From contig OZ251997.1 of assembly GCA_965247095.1 (NCBI GenBank), positions 1,184,001 to 1,248,000 of the forward strand: a DNA stretch of 64,000 nt. Direction: 5' to 3'. The notes under the pieces are model-generated. The model saw only the letters and a list, made by a program, of their open reading frames with translations, was not told the origin of the DNA and did not search any database. The translations under genes and the position numbers were made by a program. Source of the DNA: Candidatus Multivorans sp. Lineage in GTDB: Bacteria > Acidobacteriota > Thermoanaerobaculia > Multivoradales > Multivoraceae. This document shows positions 1-9,588 of this stretch, one piece after another; positions within the stretch are counted from its first letter, which is position 1; the number at the start of each line of letters is the position of its first letter.

Positions 1-182
1 GGTACCCGGAGCGCTAGTCCAGCGGTTACGATCAACCAATGGGACGGCCGGGCGACGTCCCGGACCCGAGTTCCGTACAACCAAGCGAGAGGCGCGATGC
101 CGGTCGTGCCGCCCGAGAACCCGCCTGCCGAAAACGAAGCGACGTTCCCTCCCGAACCACCAGAAAGGACGACTCTCCCGAC

Positions 183-623
183 ATGTTGAACCACGTGATC
201 CTGATCGGCCATCTCGGCCGCGACCCGGAAGTCCGCACGACCCAATCCGGCCAGACGGTCGCCAACCTGAGGCTTGCCACGAGCCGACGTTGGACGGACC
301 GCGACGGCAACCGCCAGGACGAGACCGAATGGCACACGATCGTGTGCTGGGGCCGCCAGGCCGAAGTGGCCGGCCAGTACCTGACCCGAGGCAAGCTCGT
401 CTCGGTCGAGGGCCGCCTCCAGACCCGCTCCTGGGAGGACAAGCAGACCGGCCAGAAGCGCTACGCCACCGAGATCGTGTGCCGCAACTTCCAGATGCTC
501 GGCGGCCGTGGCGACAGCGGCGGACAGTCCGGTTCCGGGCAAAGCCAGGCGGCGCCGGCCCAGCCCGCTCCCAACGACGCCGGCTTCGACCCGGCCGGCG
601 GCGACGACGACATCCCCTTCTAG
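183..623 (+). CDS. ssb: Single-stranded DNA-binding protein
   Basis: [20 protein letters not shown]-fold start, acidic C-terminal DDDIPF; ATG at 183 after GAAAGGA. Confidence 0.97.
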   Translation: MLNHVILIGHLGRDPEVRTTQSGQTVANLRLATSRRWTDRDGNRQDETEWHTIVCWGRQAEVAGQYLTRGKLVSVEGRLQTRSWEDKQTGQKRYATEIVCRNFQMLGGRGDSGGQSGSGQSQAAPAQPAPNDAGFDPAGGDDDIPF

Positions 624-651
624 GCGAACACCGGGGCCGCCGGCCTGCCAT

Positions 652-3408
652 CTACCGTCGACCGGACCGTGAGGTCTCCGGCGGCTTCGCGCCGGACTTG
701 AGCCGGTCCTTGAGGGTCTGCACCAGGTTCAGTGCGGCCACGGGCGTCAACTGGTTCACGTCGACGACTCTCAGCGCCTCGACCACCGCTTCGTCCTCGC
801 CGGCCCACAGGGCAAGCTGGTCGGGCCCCTGGTCCGGCGGCGCGCCGGCCGCGCCGTCCACCACGCGCGGCTTGCCGGAGAAGCTGTACTGCTGCGACTC
901 GACGTTGGCCAGCACGGCTGCCGCGCGCTCGATCACCTCCGCCGGCACTCCCGCCAGACGAGCGACGTGCAGCCCGTAGGACTTGTCCGCGCGGCCGGCG
1001 GCGACCCGGTGAAGGAACAGGATCTGGTCCTGCCATTCCTTGACCGACATGCGCCGATTCGCAACCCGCGCAAGGGTTGCCGGCAGACCGGTCAACTCGT
1101 GGTAGTGGGTGGCAAAGAGCGCCAGGCAGCCGTTGTGCTCGTGCAGGCGTTCGATGATCGCCCAGGCCAGTGACAGCCCGTCGTAGGTCGACGTGCCGCG
1201 GCCGACTTCGTCGAGCACCACCAGGCTGTCGCGCGTCGCGTGGCGCAGGATGTTCGCGGTCTCGACCATCTCCACCATGAAGGTGGACTCACCCCGGGCC
1301 AGGTCGTCGCTGGCGCCGACGCGGGTGAAGATGCGGTCGACCAGGCCGATCTCGGCGCTCTGAGCGGGCACGAAGCTGCCGGCGTGGGCCATGAGCACGA
1401 TGAGCGCCGCCTGCCGCAGATAGGTCGATTTGCCGCCCATGTTGGGACCCGTGAGCAGGACGATCTGCTCCTTTTCGCGGTCCAGAGCGACATCGTTCGG
1501 AACGAAACCCGAGGCGCCCCGCACCGCCGCCGCCGAACGTTCGACCACTGGATGACGCCCCTCGCGGATCTCGATCCGGCCCCCGGACGTCAGCATGCAC
1601 GGCCGCACGTAGTCGTAGCGGCCGGCTACCTCGGCCAGGGCGACCAGGCAGTCGATCTCCGCCAGCGCGCCGGCCAGCTTCAGGAGCCGCGGGGCCTGCT
1701 CCGCAGCCTCCGTCCGCAGCCCCTCGAACAACTGTTGTTCGAGCGCGAGCTGGCCGCTCTCGGCGCCGAGGATCTGCTCTTCCAGCGTCTTCAGTTCGTC
1801 GGTGACATAGCGCTCGGCATTGGTCAGCGTCTGCCGGCGCACGTAGTGGTCGGGAACCCGATGCTGCTGGGTCTTCCGCACTTCGAAGTAGTAACCGAAG
1901 ACCCGGTTGTAGCCGACCTTGAGCGTCGCGATGCCGGTCGCCTCGCGTTCCTGAGCTTCGAGACCGGCGATGTGCCCCTTGCCGTCCCGCGCCAGCGACC
2001 GGAGCCGATCCAGCTCCGCGTCGACGCCACCAGCGATCACGCCGCCCTCGGTCAAGGATCCGGGCGTCTCCGCGAGCACCGAGTCCAGCCTCGATCGGAG
2101 TTCGGCCAGCGGATCCACCGCGGCGAGACGTTCCAGGAGTTGCGCCTGAAGCCCGGCAAGGGCCCCCAGCACGGACGGCGCCTCGCGCAGGGTATCCCGC
2201 AGGGCCCCCACCTCACGCGGTGTGATCCGCCCGAGCACGGCGCGCGAGGTCAGCCGCTCCAGATCGGCAATCCGCTTCAGCCGCGACCGGAGCGCCTCCC
2301 GCTGAGCGATGTGCGAGAGCAACGCCTCCACCCCGTCGTGGCGGTCGCCAAGCGCCGCCAGGTCGCGCAGCGGCCGGCTCAACCAGCGTCGCAGCATGCG
2401 CGCCCCCGGCCCGGTGAGCGTCAGGTCGAGCACCTCGATGAGGGTCCGGCCCGCCTGGTGCTGGAGGTGGCGGAAGACCTCCAGGTTGCGCAGCGTCGTC
2501 TCGTCCAGGACCACGCACCGATCGTCGTGCTGGACCTCCAGCGCGGCGATGTGGTCGATATCGGACTTGGCCGCGCGGCGGGCGTAGTCCAGGACCAGGG
2601 CCGCCGCGGTCACCGCGGCTTCCCCCTCCACCAGGCCGAACCCGCGCAGGTTCTGGACCCCGAATTGCCGCCGCAGGACGCGCTCGGCCGACGCCGGCCG
2701 CGGAACCTGCGCCTCGTCGACCTCGGTATGGGGCGTACCGGCACGGCCGATCCAGGCCGGCAGATGTCCGTCGGGGTCGCCCCGGCCGGCTTCGAAGTCG
2801 GCGGCGCAGGTGAGGACTTCCCGCGGCGCCAGCCGTTCCAGATCCTCGACCGCGTACCCGGCGTCCGGCCAGCGCCGCACGAAGAACTCGCCGGTCGAGA
2901 GATCGAGGAACGCGCCCGCACCGGACGCCCGATCGAAACGGACTCCGGCCAGGTAGTTCGGGCGGGCCTGGTCCAGCATTTCGAGGTCGCTGATCGTGCC
3001 CGGCGTCACGATCCGGGTGACCTCCCGACGAACCAGACCCTGGGCCTGGGCCGGATCCTCCACCTGGTCGCACAACGCGACCTTGTAGCCGGCGTCCAGC
3101 AACTTGCCGATGTAGGCGTCGACCGCGTGGTGGGGTACGCCGCACATGGGCGCCTCGCTGGCCGTACCCTTCTGACGCGCGGTCAGGGCCACGTCGAGCA
3201 CCGGCGCGGCGGTGACCGCGTCCTCGAAGAACATCTCGAAGAAGTCGCCCATCCGGTACAGGAGGATGGCGTCGGGATGCTCCGCCTTCACCGTCAGGTA
3301 GTGCCGGAGCATCGGCGTCATCGCCGAGAGCTTCCGCCCCGACCCCCGCTCTCCGGCGGCAGGCGCCCGCGAATCCTCCGCGTCTTCGGCGGTGCTCGAT
3401 CTAGCCAC
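652..3408 (-). CDS. mutS: DNA mismatch repair protein MutS
   Basis: TPMLRHY, GDFFEMF, Walker A TGPNMGGKSTYLRQ, DEVGRGTST, FATHYHEL; start uncertain (GTG 3408 chosen). Confidence 0.97.
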   Translation of the reverse strand: MARSSTAEDAEDSRAPAAGERGSGRKLSAMTPMLRHYLTVKAEHPDAILLYRMGDFFEMFFEDAVTAAPVLDVALTARQKGTASEAPMCGVPHHAVDAYIGKLLDAGYKVALCDQVEDPAQAQGLVRREVTRIVTPGTISDLEMLDQARPNYLAGVRFDRASGAGAFLDLSTGEFFVRRWPDAGYAVEDLERLAPREVLTCAADFEAGRGDPDGHLPAWIGRAGTPHTEVDEAQVPRPASAERVLRRQFGVQNLRGFGLVEGEAAVTAAALVLDYARRAAKSDIDHIAALEVQHDDRCVVLDETTLRNLEVFRHLQHQAGRTLIEVLDLTLTGPGARMLRRWLSRPLRDLAALGDRHDGVEALLSHIAQREALRSRLKRIADLERLTSRAVLGRITPREVGALRDTLREAPSVLGALAGLQAQLLERLAAVDPLAELRSRLDSVLAETPGSLTEGGVIAGGVDAELDRLRSLARDGKGHIAGLEAQEREATGIATLKVGYNRVFGYYFEVRKTQQHRVPDHYVRRQTLTNAERYVTDELKTLEEQILGAESGQLALEQQLFEGLRTEAAEQAPRLLKLAGALAEIDCLVALAEVAGRYDYVRPCMLTSGGRIEIREGRHPVVERSAAAVRGASGFVPNDVALDREKEQIVLLTGPNMGGKSTYLRQAALIVLMAHAGSFVPAQSAEIGLVDRIFTRVGASDDLARGESTFMVEMVETANILRHATRDSLVVLDEVGRGTSTYDGLSLAWAIIERLHEHNGCLALFATHYHELTGLPATLARVANRRMSVKEWQDQILFLHRVAAGRADKSYGLHVARLAGVPAEVIERAAAVLANVESQQYSFSGKPRVVDGAAGAPPDQGPDQLALWAGEDEAVVEALRVVDVNQLTPVAALNLVQTLKDRLKSGAKPPETSRSGRR

Positions 3409-3434
3409 GGGCGGTCGCCAGTATATTGAGTGGC

Positions 3435-4193
3435 ATGGCACCGCTGCTTGCGCTCGACACCGGCTCGGTCATCGTCAGCGTGGCGGTCGGCGAGCGGGAC
3501 CGGTTCGAAGTGCTGTCCGCGCCCCAGGGCCGTTCGTCGCGCGAGCTGATCGCGATGATCGACGAGCTCCTGACCCGCGCCGGCATCAAGCCGCGGGATC
3601 TGTCGGGCATCGGGGCCGCTCGCGGACCGGGCAGCTTCACCGGCCTGCGCGTGGGACTGGCGACCGCGCTGGGGCTCCATCAGGCCTCGGGCGTCAGGGC
3701 GGGCGGCGCATCCACGTTCGAGATCCTGGCCGCCGACTACTTCGAGCGCGTCGAGAATGGCGCGACGGAGGTGGTGGCCGTCATCGACGCCCTCCGTGAA
3801 CGCTGGTACACCCAGCCCATGCGACTGGCTGAGAACGGCAGGGTCGAAGCCGCCGGCCCGCCGGAAATCAAGGATCGCGCCGATCTCGTCCACGCCCGGC
3901 TGCCGCTCGTCGGACACGGCGTCTCCCAGCTTCCCACTTCGGCGGGAGCGATCGAGCCGTCCGAACTGGCGCCGACCCTGCTGCGTCTCATGGCGGACGG
4001 CGCCCTCGGCTGGGATGGCGGAGCACTGACCGAGCCGCTCTACCTGCGCTCGCCGGCCACCAGTCCGTCCACTCGCCCGCCCGGTAGCCCGAGACCGAAT
4101 CGGCGTCGCCGCCGCGCCCAAGCTTCCGGCCTCATCCGAGACTCCCGCGGCACGACACGTGGTCCCGGTGGAGATCCGCCGAGCTCGACCTGA
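3435..4193 (+). CDS. tsaB: tRNA threonylcarbamoyladenosine biosynthesis protein TsaB
   Basis: LLALDTGS start, GPGSFTGLRVG motif, EPLYLR near the C-terminus; long low-complexity tail. Confidence 0.92.
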   Translation: MAPLLALDTGSVIVSVAVGERDRFEVLSAPQGRSSRELIAMIDELLTRAGIKPRDLSGIGAARGPGSFTGLRVGLATALGLHQASGVRAGGASTFEILAADYFERVENGATEVVAVIDALRERWYTQPMRLAENGRVEAAGPPEIKDRADLVHARLPLVGHGVSQLPTSAGAIEPSELAPTLLRLMADGALGWDGGALTEPLYLRSPATSPSTRPPGSPRPNRRRRRAQASGLIRDSRGTTRGPGGDPPSST

Positions 4194-4198
4194 TCGGG

Positions 4199-5711
4199 AG
4201 CGTAGTCCCATTCAGAGATGAGCCTGAAGGTGGCTTCTTCGAGAGTTGTGCCGAGAGAGCGGCGGGGCGGGTTTCAGGGCTGGTGATCGAAGCGAAGCGG
4301 AGATCAGCACCAGGGACCAACGGTAGCGCGGGGACCGCGAGCCGCGGTCGAGTTGCACGAAGTGGGTGGTGTGAGGCGCGAGAGACGGGGGCGGTTTAGT
4401 CATGCGACGGTTGCATAGCGGCGGTGGATTTCGGCGAACAGTGCGACGAGGGCGTCGTTGACGGCGCTGGCCGCGGTGAGGTCGTCGAGTGCCAGGGCCT
4501 GCTGGTCGAGCTGCTCGAAGGTGACGCCGGGTCGCAGGCAGAGGGCGGCGCCGTCGAGCGACTTCAGCTTGAGGTAGGTCGTGGTGACGTTGTCGAAGGG
4601 GTAGGTCTTTCGCTTGCGACCATTGGCGTCTGTCGTCTCGACGGGGAAGTGGCAGGGCCGGTGGTAGTTGAGGAACGGAGCGAGCGCGTCGCGCAGGAAG
4701 TCGTTGACGAGTGCGGCATGACGCCGGGGAATGTGGTCGTAGCCGAGGTACCGCCGCACCACCGAGGCGTTCTTGCTCTCGACCAGGGCGTTGTCGTTGC
4801 AGCGCCTCGGGCGGGACTTGGTGAACTCCTCGATGTGCAGCTTGCGCAGCAGCGCGGCCACCCGGTGGTTGATGTACTCGGAGCCGTTGTCGGCGTGGAA
4901 GCCGCGGATGATGAAGGGGAAAGCCTCGATCGACCCTTCCAGGGCCGGAACCAGGAAACGCTCCGAAATGCCCTCTACAGCGGCCACGAACTCGTACTGC
5001 GTGACCTCGTCCACAAGATTGATCTCGTACAGACCCTTCTCCCCGTCCAGGTCGCCCTGATGGACCGAATCCACTCGCAGAAAGCCCGGCCGACCCGCGG
5101 GATGAGGCTTGCGGCGCTCCCCGATGCGTACCTGCGTCGACCGCGTCCTGGCCACCGTCAGGCGACGGCGCCGGTACGCTGTCGACTGGCGAAGCCGGTA
5201 CAGATGGCTGTTCGAGAGCCCCGCCAGACGCTCGAACCGCACATCCCCGAACACCGCGTACTGGCGCTGCATCATGCGCCGAGTGACCGCGCCGCACAGA
5301 CCGCCAAGGGTCTCGTCCACCTCGGCCAGCAGACCGATGTCCGCCTTCGTGTAGCGCCGGGGAAACGGACGCTTCGGACCCCGGCGCCGATCCTCGATGC
5401 GCCCCGTATCCCGGTACTGAGAGATCAACCGCGCGATCTGCGCCCGACTGAACCCCGTCACCTTGACCAGGAAGCGCCGCACCAGACCCTTGTCGGGCCT
5501 CGACAGTCGAAAGTAGCGCGAACGCACCAGAACCCGCCGCACAAAATCGTACGCATGGGCCCGCTCACGAAGCGGAAGTCGACCGGCGCGCTGCCGACCA
5601 TGAAGTCGCGGACCTCGTCGAGGGTCCGCAGCCGTTCGATATCGAGTCGCAAGGTCATCCTCCAATGATCCCCAACCCACTCTCAGGCTCATCTCTCGAG
5701 GGATTGACGCC
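4199..5711 (-). mobile_element. IS element with integrase-core (rve-like) DDE transposase, ISNCY/IS481-like
   Basis: Ends share the core GAGATGAGCCTGA in inverted orientation (~4215-4227; TCAGGCTCATCTC at 5683-5695) and enclose the transposase. Confidence 0.8.
4400..5658 (-). pseudogene. DDE transposase, frameshifted near 5565
   Basis: N-terminus MTLRLDIERLRTLDEVRDF... is in one frame and ERAHAYDFV...VDSVHQGD...FHADNGSEY...NDNALVESKN in another; one missing base would join them. Confidence 0.8.
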
Positions 5712-5719
5712 GCTCCTGT

Positions 5720-5755
5720 CATGGGACAAGCATGGGACAAGTATGGGACAAGGCT
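5720..5755 (+). repeat. Three tandem copies of ATGGGACAAG (11-bp period) ending in GCT; resembles the transposon end at 20451-20468
   Basis: cATGGGACAAG cATGGGACAAG tATGGGACAAGgct read directly from the sequence. Confidence 0.9.
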
Positions 5756-5760
5756 GTCGA

Positions 5761-5789
5761 TTGACAGTCGGCTGGGAGCCCCCTATGAT
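5761..5789 (+). promoter_or_regulatory. Sigma70-type promoter of tRNA-Asn
   Basis: TTGACA (5761-5766), 17-bp spacer, TATGAT (5784-5789). Confidence 0.8.
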
Positions 5790-5835
5790 TGGGGAGCCTG
5801 TCGCCTCCGCTGTTAGCTGGAGCCGGCGGGGTTCT

Positions 5836-5910
5836 TCCTCGGTAGCTCAACGGTAGAGCGTTCGGCTGTTAACCGAAATGTTGGGCGTTCGAATCGCTCC
5901 CGAGGAGCCA
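5836..5910 (+). tRNA. tRNA-Asn (GTT)
   Basis: Acceptor stem TCCTCGG/CCGAGGA, D-arm AGCTCAACGGTAGAGC, anticodon arm TTCGG-CTGTTAA-CCGAA, T-loop TTCGAAT, discriminator G, encoded CCA. Confidence 0.96.
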
Positions 5911-6230
5911 AAGTTCGGGGCACGGAACAAGTGGTCGACGCTGGTCAAGGTGACCGCCTACCTTGGTTGATTTACGCCAAGTGGTCCACCTCGGCGTTGA
6001 GGGAAAGCGATTCGAGGTAACCCTATGTCCAGATCAACACCTCAAGTTTGTGCGGCCGTGCTGTCGTACCCGCCTCGCATGAGCCAGTCGACCCGGCCGA
6101 GGCCGGATGCCGAAGCGGGCCGGTCCCACCCGGCGGCCCACAGGGACGGCGCTCTCGCTCCTAGTCCACCGGCGGGGCAGTTTGCCGAGAGCCATCCCCC
6201 CCCACCCGCCGCCGTCGCGGCCCGGGGAGC

Positions 6231-6620
6231 GTGCGGGTGTTGGCCGCCGGTGCCTGTCTGGCTTGGCTCGCCTGGCCGACCGAGGCTTTCGCGCAGAATA
6301 CACTGTCCATCGTCTCCATTGCCGTCGATGACGAGGTCACCGCCTCGGAGAAGTTGGCCGGGTTCGACATCGTTGGCCACACGGGCAACCAGGGCAACAT
6401 AGCTGTCAAGTTGACCTTCGGCACGGAGGAGTGGAACACGACCTCCTCCGCGACCGCGTCCGAGGGAATCCACTGGTGGTCGGCGAGGGTGCCGTCCGAT
6501 GCGAGCTACATTACTGACGGAGACCAGACCGTAGACGCGGAGGCCACTATTGGCGCGTTTACCCTGAAGCATGATAGGGACTTTGACGCGGATCTGACGT
6601 TGCCGCTGACAGTAGACCTA
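6231..6620 (+). pseudogene. N-terminal fragment of a secreted/surface protein truncated by an IS
   Basis: Signal peptide MRVLAAGACLAWLAWPTEAFA|Q followed by an acidic beta-rich Ig-like segment; protein-like sequence stops at the IS end near 6618. Confidence 0.6.
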
Positions 6621-8083
6621 GCAGCCCGTGGCAGAAGTGGCTTCGTGGCCCGAGGGGGCGGACCAGTCAGATGTGTGGTTCTGCAGGGGACCAGCCGCGG
6701 CGGTAGATGTTGGATAGCAAGTGGATCGGATTTGCGGGCCGGCTCAGGAAGATCCGCCGGTATAGCGCGACGAGTCGCGGCCAGACCCCTCCATGTTGAC
6801 CGGCGAGGGCGTTGCGGGCTGCCGAAGCGCGGCCCTGGAGGCTGCGCGGCGTGCCGACTCCCACAAGCTCGCGCATCAGGAGCCCGAGGTTGCAGCCGCA
6901 GGCATGAATGTAGACGCGCTTGAGGACGTTCGAGCGACCGCGCAGGTGCAGCCGCCGCATGCCGCCGGTCTCGTACTGGTGAGCGAAAGGCCGTTCAAGC
7001 CGTTCCCCTCGCTGGCGCTGCATCCGCTTGCCCCGATTCCCCCGGATCCGCCGACGGTTCGCGTACACGATGGCCTGCAGGTCCTTCTTGCCCTTCCAAC
7101 GACGACGACCACGGTCCGGCTCCGCGATGTAGCTGCGAAGGCCCAACTCGTCGATGGAGGCGAGAACAGCGTTGCTGTGGTAGCCCTTGTCGGCAACGAT
7201 CTCCTGGATCGCGGCATCGTCCCCGGTCGCCGATTCCACCTGCTCGAAGGTCTCCTCCAGCGTCTCGCCGAACGACTCCGTGTCCCCCTTCGATCCGCCC
7301 TGAACCGTCACTCCCAGGATCGTCCCGGACAAAAGGTCCACCGCCTGCTCCGCCTTGTACGCGAAGTGCGTGCGGCCGTCCTTCATCTTCGTGATCTCCG
7401 CCTCCGGGTCGTGCGGATTCTCCCACTCCGCGTTCGACAGCTTCTTCTTGCGCTTGCGGTCGAAACGGACCAACTCGGTCCGCGTCGGCGTCTCCACACC
7501 CGACGCCTCCGCCAAACCCCGCACGAACTCGTCGTAGTCCTCCCCACTGTCAAGACGCACGATGCTCCGCAACGCCGCGTTCGCCTCCAGAGTCGTCGCG
7601 TCCACGCCCACCGTCTTGCCCGACACCAGACCCGACTCCGCCAGACGACCAAGCACCCACGAGAACACTCTGCTGTGAGTCTCCACGTCGACCAGCCGAC
7701 GCGTACGCGAAATGGTCGAATGATCCGGCGCCGACTCGGTCACGCCCAACCCCAGGAACCGACGAATGCTCAGAGAGTCCTGAGCACGCCACGCGATCCC
7801 GCGCTCCGAGTCCAGACCCTCGAAGTAACCCACCAGCAGCAGACGAAAGTACCGGCCCGGACAAAGACTCGGACGGCCCATCCGCTCCGCATAGAACTGC
7901 GCGCACTCCGACTCCACCAACTCGTCGAAACCGCCGGCTTCCAGAATGCCGTTCAACCGCTCATGGAACGGGTGACCAGCGCTGCGAGGAAGATCCGCTC
8001 CCGCCACCCAAAGCGCAGCGTGCGCCCTCCTGGCGAGCCTCATGCCGGTAATGGCAAGGTATTCAATTGACCACGGAAGCTAA
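6618..8083 (-). mobile_element. IS1182/IS5-like insertion sequence
   Basis: Imperfect ends CAGCCCGTGG and CCACGGAAG with CTAG/CTAA flanks around the transposase; boundaries approximate. Confidence 0.65.
6667..8043 (-). CDS. Transposase (DUF772 + DDE; IS1182/IS5-like)
   Basis: GRPSL, PDHSTISRTR, GVDATTLEANA, VADKGY, ERPFAH motifs. Confidence 0.88.
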   Translation of the reverse strand: MRLARRAHAALWVAGADLPRSAGHPFHERLNGILEAGGFDELVESECAQFYAERMGRPSLCPGRYFRLLLVGYFEGLDSERGIAWRAQDSLSIRRFLGLGVTESAPDHSTISRTRRLVDVETHSRVFSWVLGRLAESGLVSGKTVGVDATTLEANAALRSIVRLDSGEDYDEFVRGLAEASGVETPTRTELVRFDRKRKKKLSNAEWENPHDPEAEITKMKDGRTHFAYKAEQAVDLLSGTILGVTVQGGSKGDTESFGETLEETFEQVESATGDDAAIQEIVADKGYHSNAVLASIDELGLRSYIAEPDRGRRRWKGKKDLQAIVYANRRRIRGNRGKRMQRQRGERLERPFAHQYETGGMRRLHLRGRSNVLKRVYIHACGCNLGLLMRELVGVGTPRSLQGRASAARNALAGQHGGVWPRLVALYRRIFLSRPANPIHLLSNIYRRGWSPAEPHI

Positions 8084-8086
8084 TTT

Positions 8087-9430
8087 GGGTCTTCAGGGTT
8101 ATGTGTGGGCTGGGGGTTGCCGGAATCGGGCGGATCCGATCGGTCGTAGACTGGCGGCATGAAGAGTGCAAGGACGTTCGAGAAGCTTCTGGGGATCAAG
8201 TCGCCTTGGCGTGTGCGCGAGGTGGTGGTTCGGCTGGACGAGGCGAATCCGCTTCGCCGGGGTCCGGTAGTTGGCGGCACGGTGGAGATCCACGTGGAGC
8301 ATGCCGGCGCCACGCGGTGTCCGGAGTGCGGCTCCCCGTGTCCAGGCTACGACAGCAGGCATCGCAGGTGGCGTCATCTGGACACGATGCAGCACCAGAC
8401 GCGGGTCCATGCGGCGGTGCCGCGAGTCCGTTGTGCTGAGCACGGCATACGGCAGTTGAGGGTGCCCTGGGCAGACGAGGGTTCGCGTTTCACCGCGCTG
8501 TTCGAGGCGGAGGTCATCGAGTGGCTGCGCGAGGCGAGCGTGCATGCTGTGGCTTGCCGGATGGGTATGAGCTGGGATCAGGCGGTCGGCATTCTGCGCC
8601 GGGCGGTGAAGCGCGGTCTGGCGCGGCAGAAGCGACGGTCGCCTCGCGCGATCGGGGTCGACGAGACGTCGTTCCAGAAACGGCACAAGTACGTGACGGT
8701 GGTGAACGACCTGGAGCGCCGCGAGGTGGCGCATGTGGCCGACGGTCGCGGTCGGTCGGCGATCGACGGCTACTTCGAGGAGTTGGGTGAGACGGCATGC
8801 GCCGGCATCGAGCAGGTGGCGATGGACATGTGGCCGGCGTACATCTCTTCGGTGGAGGCGCATACGGACGCCGATATCGTGTTCGACAAGTTCCACATCG
8901 TCCAGCACTTGAACCACGCCGTGGACCTGGTTCGGCGTGCCGAGCAGCGGGAGTTGCTCAAAGCAGGCGATTCGGGTCTGAAGCGGAGCCGCTACTTGTG
9001 GCTGACGAGACGCGGACGGATGACGGCATCGCAGCGGCGTCGTTTCACCCTTCTTCGCGCGAGCCACCTGCGTGTGGCCCGTGCCTGGGCGATCAAGGAG
9101 ATGGCGATGTCGTTGTGGGGCTACTCCCGCCGTGGCTGGGCCAAGCGCAGGTGGAAGCGCTGGTACAGTTGGGCCATCCGCAGCCGCCTGGAGCCGATCA
9201 GGCGGGTGACGAAGATGATCAGGGACCATTGGGAGGGCGTCATCAACGCCGCCACGTCCAACATCACCAATGCACGCGCCGAGAGCATCAACGCGAAGAT
9301 CCAGTGGATCAAGCAGAAGGCGCATGGCTATCGAAACCGGGCCAACTTCCGACTCGCAATCCACTTCCATCTCGGCGGACTCGACCTCTACCCCGATTCA
9401 CTCTCGTTCCACACGAAACCCTGAAGAGCC
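8087..9430 (+). mobile_element. ISL3-family insertion sequence
   Basis: IRL GGGTCTTCAGGGTTATGTGTGG (8087-8108); IRR reverse complement GGCTCTTCAGGGTTTCGTGTGG (9409-9430); no target duplication seen. Confidence 0.9.
8159..9424 (+). CDS. ISL3-family transposase
   Basis: CPECG zinc finger, IGVDETSF, AMDMWPAY, FDKFHIV, TNARAESIN. Confidence 0.95.
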   Translation: MKSARTFEKLLGIKSPWRVREVVVRLDEANPLRRGPVVGGTVEIHVEHAGATRCPECGSPCPGYDSRHRRWRHLDTMQHQTRVHAAVPRVRCAEHGIRQLRVPWADEGSRFTALFEAEVIEWLREASVHAVACRMGMSWDQAVGILRRAVKRGLARQKRRSPRAIGVDETSFQKRHKYVTVVNDLERREVAHVADGRGRSAIDGYFEELGETACAGIEQVAMDMWPAYISSVEAHTDADIVFDKFHIVQHLNHAVDLVRRAEQRELLKAGDSGLKRSRYLWLTRRGRMTASQRRRFTLLRASHLRVARAWAIKEMAMSLWGYSRRGWAKRRWKRWYSWAIRSRLEPIRRVTKMIRDHWEGVINAATSNITNARAESINAKIQWIKQKAHGYRNRANFRLAIHFHLGGLDLYPDSLSFHTKP

Positions 9431-9588
9431 CGGACAAGAAGGCAGATACGAGATCCAGTACAACGGCTGAAACAGAACAAGGAGGGCCCCCAACTTTGTT
9501 GGCGCGCCAATCTGCGAAGAAAAATCCTGACCGGACCGCTCATCGTAGGGGTCGTCGCGCATTGGACCGCTCGGATATTCAGGGCGTG

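Noticed and set aside
1240-3429. 729-aa ORF antisense to mutS (and similar long shadows over mutL, mgtE, fbiC and TRAP genes)
   Set aside because: Expected in GC-rich DNA opposite real genes; no recognisable motifs.
4160-4198. VEIRRARPD resembling a GNAT/RimI N-terminus after tsaB
   Set aside because: Too short; the reconstructed empty site reaches a stop within about 10 codons, so no rimI is rebuilt.
5720-5755. Possible CRISPR or iteron array
   Set aside because: No spacers and no cas or rep gene; better explained as transposon-end sequence.
8797-9588. Apparent 264-aa N-terminal extension giving a 2737-aa adhesin
   Set aside because: It is an alternate frame of the ISL3 transposase; the signal peptide begins at 9589.
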